Assembly: GCA_008080735.1 (NCBI GenBank)
Contig: SHMW01000009.1
Span: 28,117-92,116, forward strand
Length of the DNA: 64,000 bases
Direction: 5' to 3'
Origin: Promethearchaeota archaeon
Lineage (GTDB): Archaea; Asgardarchaeota; Lokiarchaeia; Sigyniarchaeales; SOKP01
Shown here: positions 40,392 through 50,053 of the stretch, piece by piece
Position numbering within the stretch: the first letter of the stretch is position 1
Layout: the number at the start of each line of letters is the position of its first letter
The notes under the pieces: generated by a model
The model's input: only the letters and a program-made list of their open reading frames with translations
Databases searched by the model: none
Told to the model about the DNA's origin: nothing
Position numbers and translations under genes: made by a program

Positions 40392-41102
40392 ATGGAAAAA
40401 ATTGCCTTAGAAAAGTATAAAGGAATTATTTGGGATTTAGATGGAGTTATTTTTGATATAACAGAAGCTATCAAAAAAGCAGTGGAGGATGGAGTTGAAA
40501 AATATAATTTAGATGTCCACGTCGACAGTGTATTACAAGAAGTAGCACATTTAATCGAAGAGATTCAACATTATCCTGTACCTAAAATTATTCTTAACTC
40601 ATACAATCTTCTTCAGGTCGATTTTCTAGAAGATATGAGTTATATGAAAAAGCTCAGAATAGCTGTATTTCTTTTTAATCAATTTAATGAATACAGGGAA
40701 GATTGTACTATTTTTAAGAGAATTGATCAGATCATTGAAAAATTACACGAAAAGAACGTCAAATTGGCCATCTTAACGAATAATAAAAGTCAATATGCGG
40801 AGGAAATTCTTGCGAAATTCAATCTAAGTGTGTATTTCCCGACGATTATCGGATTTAATGATGTGTCAGAAGTCAAACCCAGTCCAGAGGGAATTCTTAA
40901 AATCATTGAAAAGTGGAATATGAAGCCTGAAGAGGTAATATTTATTGGAGATATGACGACAGACGTAGATGCAGGAAAGGCAGCTGGTGTAAAAATGGTT
41001 TGTGTTGCAAGTGGTTTAGCAGAGAAAAATGCCCTTTTAGAGCATGATCCAGACTTTTTAGTGGAAAATACCACTGAATTAGAGGAAATATTCAATTTTT
41101 GA
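40392..41102 (+). CDS. HAD phosphoglycolate phosphatase-like hydrolase
   Basis: WDLDGV, LTN, KPSP and IGD...D...GKAAG. Confidence 0.88.
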   Translation: MEKIALEKYKGIIWDLDGVIFDITEAIKKAVEDGVEKYNLDVHVDSVLQEVAHLIEEIQHYPVPKIILNSYNLLQVDFLEDMSYMKKLRIAVFLFNQFNEYREDCTIFKRIDQIIEKLHEKNVKLAILTNNKSQYAEEILAKFNLSVYFPTIIGFNDVSEVKPSPEGILKIIEKWNMKPEEVIFIGDMTTDVDAGKAAGVKMVCVASGLAEKNALLEHDPDFLVENTTELEEIFNF

Positions 41103-41122
41103 ATCTTTACTTTTATAATTAT

Positions 41123-42235
41123 TTATAGGAGCTCCTCAATATCTTCGAATTTATAATTGAACTCGTCTGCTATGGGTTTTGAAGTTACCTTTCCTTGAAA
41201 AATATTAACCGCTTCCCTTAAGGATTTTTCTTTTCTGAGTGAACTATGTATATCCTCATTTGCTACTAACTTTACTAAAAAAGGATACATATTTACTGAT
41301 AATGCTTCAGTTGAAGTTCGTGGATAGGCACCAGGCATATTAGTAACGCCATAATGGATAATATCTTCTTGAATAAATATTGGGTCTTCATGAGATGTTG
41401 GTTTACTTGTTTCAATACAACCACCTTGATCAATCGCAATATCAACAATAACAGATCCTTTATCCATTTGCTGAATCATATCTCTGGAAATTATTCGTGG
41501 CGCTTTAGAATCAGGAATATAAACGGAGCCTATTAAGATATTTGCATTTCCTATATAGTCCCTAAGATTATGTAAATTGGACATTAAAACAGATATGCCG
41601 TTAGGTAAAATCTGATTTAAATAACGAATACGATCCATATTCTTTTCTAAAATAATTACATGAGCACCCAAACCATAAGCAGACATAGCAGCACTATATC
41701 CTGCTGTGCCTCCTCCAAGTATTACTACGTTTCCACGGTATACCCCCGATGATCCACCCAATAATACTCCAGAACCTCCATTATGGGTTGATAATAAATT
41801 CGATGCAACAATAATAGACATTTTTCCTGCTATTTCTGACATGGGTTCAAGAATTGGAGCTTCTTTGTCAATTCTAACTGATTCAAATGCAATAGCTGTA
41901 GAATTTCCATCTATAAAAATTTTAGTTAAATTATGATTTGCTGCTAAATGAAGAAACGAAAAAATTACAGGTCCGGGTTCAAAAAAATTTAGTTCTTCTT
42001 TAACTGGTTCTTTAACTTTAACTATTATATCGGATATGGCATAAGTATCTTTCTTTGAATTAATAATCTTTGCTCCAACAGATTCATAATCATTATTAGA
42101 AAAACCCGCAATTTTACCAGCATCAGTTTCAACGAAGATTTCATGCCCTTTATTAACTAGGTCTTCAATATTTGCTGGTATTAACGCAACCCTTCCTTCT
42201 CCCTTCTTAATTTCTTTCGGAATACCAATTTTCAA
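41123..42235 (-). CDS. ald: alanine dehydrogenase (bacterial type)
   Basis: [37 protein letters not shown] and NMPGAY. Confidence 0.93.
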   Translation of the reverse strand: MKIGIPKEIKKGEGRVALIPANIEDLVNKGHEIFVETDAGKIAGFSNNDYESVGAKIINSKKDTYAISDIIVKVKEPVKEELNFFEPGPVIFSFLHLAANHNLTKIFIDGNSTAIAFESVRIDKEAPILEPMSEIAGKMSIIVASNLLSTHNGGSGVLLGGSSGVYRGNVVILGGGTAGYSAAMSAYGLGAHVIILEKNMDRIRYLNQILPNGISVLMSNLHNLRDYIGNANILIGSVYIPDSKAPRIISRDMIQQMDKGSVIVDIAIDQGGCIETSKPTSHEDPIFIQEDIIHYGVTNMPGAYPRTSTEALSVNMYPFLVKLVANEDIHSSLRKEKSLREAVNIFQGKVTSKPIADEFNYKFEDIEELL

Positions 42236-42495
42236 ATTTATTAAACCTCTATAATTAGCTTATATTTTATATATTCTTTACTTTATTTTTAATTTTTATA
42301 TATATATGCGTTTTATCTAAGTTAGTTAATCTTTTGAATGGGAATATTGGGGAATCTACTTTACAAAACATTATTGAAACTTAAAAATATAAAAACTTAT
42401 CAGACTTAAATCCCTCTTTAGATGAAAAATTAGCAAATAGGAATATAAGAAAATTTTAAAAAAAACTTATAAAAGAAATGGAAAATAAGAAAATT

Positions 42496-44748
42496 TTAGC
42501 TTCTCCTATAGAGAAATCGTTCCCATGAGCTTACATTAGGAAGCTCTACTTTTGCACCCTTTCGCTTTCGAATGTCTAAAATGAGTTCATCCTCTAAACT
42601 TCGGGGGACTTGCTCAAAACCATAGAACTCATATCCGAAAAAGGCACGTCCTTGTGTGGAACTGCGAATCTCGTCCGCGATGCCAATCGTCTCACTGGCA
42701 GGTAGTAAGCCGTCGATCACCACATATTCACCTTGCGGTTGTACATTATTCACGCGACCTCGATGCTTGTTAATGATTGCTAATACACCCGCTTCAGAAC
42801 CTTGTGGTGTTTTAATGTCAATCTTTTGGACCGGCTCGTATAAATGTGGGTCTGCATCTATCATAGCAAGGGAAAGAGCGGCAAATGTCATGCTTGCGAT
42901 CTGGTTATAGCCTGTATGCGCGGGATCTTCGTGAATGGTCATATCTGTAAATACTGCCTTGATTCCCATTGCGGGCTCTTTTGCCAATACACACGAATCA
43001 ATCCAATCCCGAAATGCTGCTGTTAAATAAGACTTCACTCTGTCAAATCTTTGCAGACCTTTCGTCCCATTTACTAACACATTACCTTTATACACATCCA
43101 CCACCCGTTTCGCTTCTTTTGAGTCCCAATTGGCCTCTTCGCGTAAAATTTCGGCACGTTCTCTATCATTCATCAAGTCGGTAATTTTTCCTTGTTCTAA
43201 TAATTCCTCAGTGTCCTCATCTAAGGGTTCGAGAAAGAGTTGTAATCGATTATGCGCGTTTGAGGATTTGGTATGGAATTCCCTGCTCTTTTTCTTGATT
43301 TTTTCTCGATAGACTATAATTGGCTCGCCGATATCAATCTCTACTTGGTTGTTGATTCTCTTTGTTAAAATGTCTATCTGGAGCGGGTCTATTCCTGAAA
43401 GGATGTACTCTTTGCTCTCCTTATCTAAGCGGAATTCAGCAGTGGGGTCAGCCATGAGCCATTTCTTTACGACCTGTCCAAGCTTCGCAAGGTCTTGTGG
43501 GTCTTTTGGTTTGATGCTTCGAGACACTACTGCTTCACATGCATAACTGATACTTTCGAACGAGGGTACCGTTGATGCATCTTCTTTACTGTCGGGAGCA
43601 TTCTCCGCGGCGATAAAGGATTCACCAGAGGGACAAATAAATCCGTAAAGGGCGAAAAGGTTTCCCGCAGGGACACGATCGATATCCAAAATGTCGGTAA
43701 TTTCCATTACTCCTAAACGTTTAATTCTCTGTGTTTTTCGTTGATTGACCAAATAGATCTCGTCTGTCGAATCTAACGTTCCAGAAAATACCCGCCCTAT
43801 AAGTGTCGCACGATAATTTTGCTTAGGATCAAGGAAGATCTTTGTAATCATCCCTGACAAGGGACCCTTTGGATCGCTCTTTACTAAAGCCTCTCCTAAT
43901 TCTGATTCAACATCGCCAGACCAAATCTTCGGAATTCGGTATTTCGAAGCGGTGACTGGATCAGGGATATGGTCTACAACCATTCTCAGCATAGGCTCGT
44001 CCAATGGTAAATTTTTTCGAAGCCATGGGATATCTCCTTCATTATACTTTTCAAACACCTTTAATGGAGTGTAATCATGCTCTTTCAGGATTTCATACGT
44101 AAAACCCCATCCGTGTTTTGCTGATCCTACAGCTACAGAGTTTTGTGCAAACTCCACACCCCAATCCGACCATTCCGGTCGCACTTTTTTAATTAAATTA
44201 TTCACTTGCTTGGTAATTTCATCAATTCTTTGGTAGGTTTCTTCGGGGCTTAGTTTCAACTCACTAATTAATCTGTCAACTTTATTAATAAATAGTACGG
44301 GTTTACACAGCTCGTTTCCAACGGCTAGTCTGATATTGGTTTCTGTCTGCGTCATAACACCTTCAAGGGCATCGACCAAAATGATACACCCATCAGAACC
44401 TCGTAATGCTCTGGACACTTCTCCGGTAAATGAGATATGTCCCGGAGTGTCATTAATCTGAAAGATATATTCTTCTTCATTATCGGGCTCTCGTGGATCG
44501 TTAAATGAGAGGAGAACTACGCTTGTAAAGATGGTAATTCCGCGTGCTTGCTCTTCCTCGTCTGAGTCGGTCATCTGTAATTGACCTGCATCTTCTTCGC
44601 GCATAAGACCTGCTCTTCGCATCAGGTAATCGGATGCGGTAGTCTTACCATGGTCGATGTGCGCAACGATCGAAAAGATTCTCTTCTTTTCATAAGAGCC
44701 AGTGGTGATCTCCTTCGCAATAGTCTCAGGGTTCTTAATTTTCACCAT
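42496..44748 (-). CDS. fusA: translation elongation factor aEF-2
   Basis: AHIDHGKTT, RGITI, DTPGH and NKVD; diphthamide loop reads HEDPAHTG. Confidence 0.93.
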   Translation of the reverse strand: MVKIKNPETIAKEITTGSYEKKRIFSIVAHIDHGKTTASDYLMRRAGLMREEDAGQLQMTDSDEEEQARGITIFTSVVLLSFNDPREPDNEEEYIFQINDTPGHISFTGEVSRALRGSDGCIILVDALEGVMTQTETNIRLAVGNELCKPVLFINKVDRLISELKLSPEETYQRIDEITKQVNNLIKKVRPEWSDWGVEFAQNSVAVGSAKHGWGFTYEILKEHDYTPLKVFEKYNEGDIPWLRKNLPLDEPMLRMVVDHIPDPVTASKYRIPKIWSGDVESELGEALVKSDPKGPLSGMITKIFLDPKQNYRATLIGRVFSGTLDSTDEIYLVNQRKTQRIKRLGVMEITDILDIDRVPAGNLFALYGFICPSGESFIAAENAPDSKEDASTVPSFESISYACEAVVSRSIKPKDPQDLAKLGQVVKKWLMADPTAEFRLDKESKEYILSGIDPLQIDILTKRINNQVEIDIGEPIIVYREKIKKKSREFHTKSSNAHNRLQLFLEPLDEDTEELLEQGKITDLMNDRERAEILREEANWDSKEAKRVVDVYKGNVLVNGTKGLQRFDRVKSYLTAAFRDWIDSCVLAKEPAMGIKAVFTDMTIHEDPAHTGYNQIASMTFAALSLAMIDADPHLYEPVQKIDIKTPQGSEAGVLAIINKHRGRVNNVQPQGEYVVIDGLLPASETIGIADEIRSSTQGRAFFGYEFYGFEQVPRSLEDELILDIRKRKGAKVELPNVSSWERFLYRRS

Positions 44749-45075
44749 AATAACTTCACAATCTAATACTGATAATTTTTAAAATTTAGTTTATTCAAAT
44801 CGAAAATAAAATTTCTTTCTTGATGTAGTAAATATACAAAACCATAAAAATTTTATGTATAACTTAGAAAGAAATTAGAGGAATGGTTTCAAGGATGGAT
44901 TTCCTTCACTTTAGAGCTAAATTGAATCTTTTATATAGGAAATTGAAATATATTCTAGAACAAATTTCAATTTACAATGTTATTACATCGTATTTCATTG
45001 CAAAATATATGGGAAATTTTTCATGATTGGGAATTCTTTTATTGATCCTAAAAACTCGATTTACGCTCATAATGA

Positions 45076-45441
45076 TTATTTTAGTATGGTATGATAAAGA
45101 AATCCAAGTCCATGAGGTGTTGCTTTCCAGCCTGTTTTAGTATTCATGAGAAAAAACATTTCTTCGAGCATCGACAAATGATAGTTCAATTGCTCGTCTT
45201 TAAATTGAAAATGCTCGTTCAATTCATCAAAAGAGCGCGCATGAATATCAATAAATTTGAGAATCTCCCGTCGCGTCTTATTGGTCATAACGGAATAGAG
45301 ATGATCATGTTCGTCTTTTGGATCAATATGTTCTGTTTTCTTTAAATATTCGTCCATTTCCTCTTTACTTAAGATACATTTATCTAATATATCATGGCTT
45401 CCGACAAATGTAGAATGGTAGATATCATCATCCTGTTTCAT
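45076..45441 (-). CDS. ArsR-like winged-helix protein (tandem paralog 2)
   Basis: N.TRREIL...L.YHL..LE. Confidence 0.75.
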   Translation of the reverse strand: MKQDDDIYHSTFVGSHDILDKCILSKEEMDEYLKKTEHIDPKDEHDHLYSVMTNKTRREILKFIDIHARSFDELNEHFQFKDEQLNYHLSMLEEMFFLMNTKTGWKATPHGLGFLYHTILK

Positions 45442-45700
45442 ATAGAATGATAAGAAAATGGCGCTTATAACATTTATAGAAAATTAAATGGTCAGATTGC
45501 CAAAATATGTGAAAAGAATTTCACTACATTTATTAAATTATTGCGTTAATCATTTATGTTAATTTTGGAAGGATTTTGTTTTAAGAATTATTCACATGAT
45601 CAGATTCTCCTCTATTTATCAATTATTTTAGGAGAAAAAAGAAAGGAAAGAAAAGATAAAAGAAAATACTCTAACGGTTCTCATTTTTACTTATATAGGA

Positions 45701-46066
45701 TTATCTTAAGATTGTATGATACAAGAAGCCGAGTCCTCGTGGAGTTGCTTTCCAGCCGCTTTTAGTATTTATAATGAAATAGACATTCTCGAGCATAGGG
45801 AGATGATAATTCAATTGCTCATCCTCTAAACTAACCTTATCCTTGATTTCTTCAACAGAGCGAGCATTAGTATCGATAAGTTTCAACAGTTCACGTCGGG
45901 TTTGATTGGTCATGACCGAATAGAGATGATCATGCTCCCTCTTCGGATCGATTTCCTCAGTCTTTTGTAAGTATTCATCCATCTCCTCGTCTGTTAATAT
46001 ACTTTTATCCAAGATATCTTGATCCCCCATAAAAGGTGAATGATACGGTTCTTCATCCTCCTTCAT
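45701..46066 (-). CDS. ArsR-like winged-helix protein (tandem paralog 1)
   Basis: Same length as 45076..45441 and highly similar to it. Confidence 0.75.
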   Translation of the reverse strand: MKEDEEPYHSPFMGDQDILDKSILTDEEMDEYLQKTEEIDPKREHDHLYSVMTNQTRRELLKLIDTNARSVEEIKDKVSLEDEQLNYHLPMLENVYFIINTKSGWKATPRGLGFLYHTILR

Positions 46067-46112
46067 AGGGAAGGATAAGAAAAAGTGATAATAATTATAA
46101 GTCTTATAATAA

Positions 46113-46547
46113 TTATATTTCTACAAAATTCGAAAAGAATTCCTTTACATTCATTAAGCTCTTCGTATTCAAATCCATTACAAATCTAACCGCCTTAACA
46201 TCAGCCAATAGGGTCTTATCTGATTCTCGATAAAGTTTATGACGAAATTTCATCGATTTGGATCCTAATTCCTCAAGAGTTGTCTCTACAAGAATATAGT
46301 CGCCAAAACGAGCGGATCCTTCATAAGAAACTTCCACATGTTTTACTCCCAGCGCAATTTTCTGATGAATCAATTCCTCAACCTTTCGGGAGGTACCCAG
46401 AGAATTCATAAAACTGACAAAACCATCATCAAAATACATCATATAGTTCATGAAATGGACAATTCCCATGGCATCTGTGTCGTTAAAGCGTACTTTTACT
46501 ACAGTCGAATCAGAATGATTTAGAAGATATTCCGTTATATCGCTCAT
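46113..46547 (-). CDS. acyl-CoA thioesterase (4HBT/YbgC hotdog fold)
   Basis: VRFNDTDAMGIVH..NY..YF. Confidence 0.88.
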   Translation of the reverse strand: MSDITEYLLNHSDSTVVKVRFNDTDAMGIVHFMNYMMYFDDGFVSFMNSLGTSRKVEELIHQKIALGVKHVEVSYEGSARFGDYILVETTLEELGSKSMKFRHKLYRESDKTLLADVKAVRFVMDLNTKSLMNVKEFFSNFVEI

Positions 46548-46686
46548 TTAAGTGTTCACCAGATAAATATTTTAAATAGTTTTCCGTTAAAAAGTTTCTA
46601 CTTAGAAATTTCCAACAAAATAATAATCGAAATTATTAATATTGAGAGAAATTTCTATATTTATAGAAGGAACAAAATATTAATCA

Positions 46687-47082
46687 ATGAAAAGTAAAGA
46701 AAAAGTTGATTTATTCTTTGAACGAGCGGAAAATTTCTTAAAAGGAGCCCAAGAGAGATTTCAGGACAGTGATTGGGATCTTACATGTTTTATGGCGGAA
46801 CAATCTGCCCAACTTTATTTGAAAGCAATTATTTTAGAAAAAACAGGAGATTTTCCAAAAACTCATTCAATAAAAGAGTTATTTAGTACGCTGTACAACA
46901 TAACTAAAAATGAGCGTTTTAAATATAATAGACAAAAATTGAGATTTTTAGAAGCTGCCTATTTCAATGCACGTTATTTTACTATTAGTTATGATGAAAA
47001 AGACGCAGAAGATGCGTTAAAGATTGTAAATGAGGTGAAAAAACTTGTTGGAAGCATTAGAAGTGATAAAAAAAAGAAATGA
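46687..47082 (+). CDS. HEPN domain protein
   Basis: CF.AEQ..QL.LKA, FPKTHSI..L and Y..ARY. Confidence 0.85.
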   Translation: MKSKEKVDLFFERAENFLKGAQERFQDSDWDLTCFMAEQSAQLYLKAIILEKTGDFPKTHSIKELFSTLYNITKNERFKYNRQKLRFLEAAYFNARYFTISYDEKDAEDALKIVNEVKKLVGSIRSDKKKK

Positions 47083-47407
47083 AATGATCAAAAACAATAG
47101 AAAATATTTAAAAAGAATCAACACTCATATTAAAAAAATTTTGCCCGAGGCACAGAGCTTCTTATTTGGCAGCATTCTCGAAAACAAACTAGTAGCGGGA
47201 AGTGATGTTGATATATTAATCATTGCCGAAGTTCCAAAAAGTCAGATGGAACGAGCAGGAATAATTGTAAGAATCGAAAAGGGAGCCAAATTACCTTACG
47301 TCCATCCATTTGATTTTCATCTCCTTACACAACAAGAATTTGATGATTGGAATTCTATTTATAAGTTAAAGATTAAAAAAATGGAAGAATATCTAAATGC
47401 TAACTAG
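47045..47407 (+). CDS. minimal nucleotidyltransferase (MNT)
   Basis: LFGS......GSDVDILI; overlaps the HEPN gene. Confidence 0.85.
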   Translation: MLEALEVIKKRNEMIKNNRKYLKRINTHIKKILPEAQSFLFGSILENKLVAGSDVDILIIAEVPKSQMERAGIIVRIEKGAKLPYVHPFDFHLLTQQEFDDWNSIYKLKIKKMEEYLNAN

Positions 47408-47496
47408 GAAAATTTATAGTTAAATAATTTTTTGAGTGGATTTGAAACCAAATCAGCATAACTAAGATTATATATGAAACAAATGGATTTAGGATA

Positions 47497-48339
47497 TTAC
47501 CCACTTAAGAAATCTAGCATATCTATTATCACTTCTTTTCTATTTCGCATAAAGAGGTTATGACCATAGTTCTCATAAAGTTTCAATTGTGCATTCGGTA
47601 TACCCTCAGCGGTTTTTTTTACATCCTCAGCGGTATATCCTATATCTTGTGCTCCGCTTAAAACTAATGTAGATGCCTTAATATCTTTCAACCGATTTAT
47701 AAAATTCATTTCTCTATCTCCCTGAATTTCATTGAGAAAGTCATTCGGATACTCAACATCTCCTATGAATTTTCTTCCAAACAATAAAATTAATGGATTC
47801 ACTATAGCCTTCAAAAATCGTGTACTATAGACCATATCAGTGATCGCCGTCATCGATTTACCGTATTTCGCTTGTTTAAAATAGTCTGCCGCCTTTTTTT
47901 CGATTTTCGCTCCTTCTTCGCTCAGTCGATATGCAGTAGAAATGAGTATAAGTTTCTTAACAACGTCAGGATGATCAGCCGCTAAATATTGAGCGATTTG
48001 TCCTCCTGTAGAAGTACCCATGATATTTACTGGAAAATTAAATGTTTTGCGTATCAAATCGGCATAATCTTCAGCCATTTTATCAAACAGATACCCTTCG
48101 GGTAAATTTGGTCAGCGTCCGATAAGATAATAAGTGAAGTCTTCAGTGAGCAATTTACCCGACTTTATGAATTCCTTCAGCATCATCCCAGACGGGGGTT
48201 TATGTATGAATGATAATGCTTCAATTTCGATGAGAATTTCTGATTTGTTGCCCATACGTGCGTATGGTAATCTATTTTTAAAATACCCCGTCTCAATCCC
48301 ATATTTTTCCTTTAATTTTCTATCTTTATCTTTTTTCAA
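47497..48339 (-). pseudogene. alpha/beta hydrolase interrupted by one in-frame TGA (48112-48114)
   Basis: The two track ORFs share a frame: YLIGR*PNLPEGYLFDKMAEDYA; GTSTGG nucleophile and GH catalytic His are intact. Confidence 0.75.
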
Positions 48340-48514
48340 AATTTTAATTATCCATATATGTGTTATATTATAATGTTCATAGAATCTACTCTATTTAAAA
48401 TTGTTTTTTGGTCGCAAAATTCATGTACACACTAATGGTATTTAATCTCTTCAGATGAATAAAAAAGTCAATAAACTCAAAAAAAGAAAAAAATATGAAA
48501 TTATTTATATATGG

Positions 48515-49963
48515 TTATTCCTCGTACTTAATGCCCAATTCTTCTAATCTAGCTTTCTCTTTAGCTTCATGGATTTGAGCTAATTTTTGTTTTGTACCTT
48601 GCCATTCCGGTCCATCTAACGGATACCAATACATGGCAATAAAACAGACAAAAAGTAAAAGCGCAGGGATAAGCATCCATCCAATTATAATGCCGGTTTC
48701 AGCCAAAGAATCTTGGTTACCCACCATGCTTTCAGTGGAGATATAGCCAAATGCTCCTATGATGAGGAGAAAAGCGCTCTGAGCAAGGTTGATGGCATAT
48801 TTAGTTACAAAACTATTGACTCCGGCATACATTCCTTCTCGCCGTTCACCAGATACGCTCTCATCGTAATCAATTACATCACCATTCATCATGGGAATGA
48901 GGTAGAGCCCACCGCAGAGTCCCATCCCGATCCCAATAAAACCTATCATCGTAGGAATTAAAAACCTTCCTAAGATTAAGATGAGGAAACATCCAGCAGA
49001 AAAGCTTGCCAACATTATTTGCATCGATTTTTTTACACCAAACTCATGTCCTTTAATGATAAAGAGATAAACACCCACAAATACTCCAACTATCAACATT
49101 AAGATCAAGGCGAGAAAATTAGTTTCTAATTCATCTGTATAGTAGAAGAGACCAAACATCAAACCGCTTTGGACATATATGATGGTAAAGCTAATTATTT
49201 CGAAGATAAGGAAAGATTTATTGGTCAGTGTCTTTTTCAAAGAATCAATAAATGGAACAGGTTCTTCTTGGCGTTGGTGTACTTTTTCTTCGTAGAAAAA
49301 TGTACTTAGAAAGACGATGGCGCCTACTGCAATCCCCAAGATGATATGGAATAGTATGTAAAACGTAAGATCTCCACTTGAGCTGGGTTTAAGCGCTGGT
49401 AAAATAAACAACGGGGTTGCCATAGCGAACACACTGAATATTACCTTCCAAATGAAGATGGTGCCTCTAGCTTTATTTGAAACCGCCATTTCATAGGGCA
49501 TCACATATAGACTGGTCGCAACTGCGGTATATAGGGTATCATACAGAAATAAAGTAATGAGAAATTGGAAAAACATTATCAATTGATTACTTTCTGTGCC
49601 CGGGATGGGAAGCCAACATAAAATGTAGGAAAGCCCTAAAATTGGACCACCATACCGAATATAGGGAATCCTTCGACCAAGCTTATGTCTAGTTCTATCA
49701 CTAATCGACCCAAAAATTGGATCATTTATAATATTCCAAAACCCGAATAGACTCAGCACAATTACAGAATAGATGGGATCCAAACCTCTTGTAGTGGTGA
49801 AATAATACGTTAAAGTTCCGCCTCCGATTATTGTTTGAGCAAATGCTACAATTCCATCCGCACCCGATACTGAGATTCGGCTTTTTAAGGGAACATATTC
49901 TTCTTTCAAGTTCTTGTTTTCACTCATGATCAAAATTTTTCTATTTTTATAATTAAGTAACAT
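48515..49963 (-). CDS. GPH-family MFS sugar/cation symporter
   Basis: NDPIFGSISDRTR..GRRIPY and DYDE..SG.RREG.Y; alternative ATG at 49927. Confidence 0.9.
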   Translation of the reverse strand: MLLNYKNRKILIMSENKNLKEEYVPLKSRISVSGADGIVAFAQTIIGGGTLTYYFTTTRGLDPIYSVIVLSLFGFWNIINDPIFGSISDRTRHKLGRRIPYIRYGGPILGLSYILCWLPIPGTESNQLIMFFQFLITLFLYDTLYTAVATSLYVMPYEMAVSNKARGTIFIWKVIFSVFAMATPLFILPALKPSSSGDLTFYILFHIILGIAVGAIVFLSTFFYEEKVHQRQEEPVPFIDSLKKTLTNKSFLIFEIISFTIIYVQSGLMFGLFYYTDELETNFLALILMLIVGVFVGVYLFIIKGHEFGVKKSMQIMLASFSAGCFLILILGRFLIPTMIGFIGIGMGLCGGLYLIPMMNGDVIDYDESVSGERREGMYAGVNSFVTKYAINLAQSAFLLIIGAFGYISTESMVGNQDSLAETGIIIGWMLIPALLLFVCFIAMYWYPLDGPEWQGTKQKLAQIHEAKEKARLEELGIKYEE

Positions 49964-49984
49964 AACATAAAATGATATTTAAGT

Positions 49985-50004
49985 GCTACACATTAGTGTG
50001 TAGC
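49985..50004. promoter_or_regulatory. palindromic operator candidate GCTACACA-TTAG-TGTGTAGC
   Basis: Perfect 8-bp inverted repeat upstream of the MFS gene; 12-bp inverted copy at 48426-48437. Confidence 0.5.
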
Positions 50005-50053
50005 AATCAATTAAGAAAGTATTAAAAACTATTAAAGTGGACAAGATTTTAAT

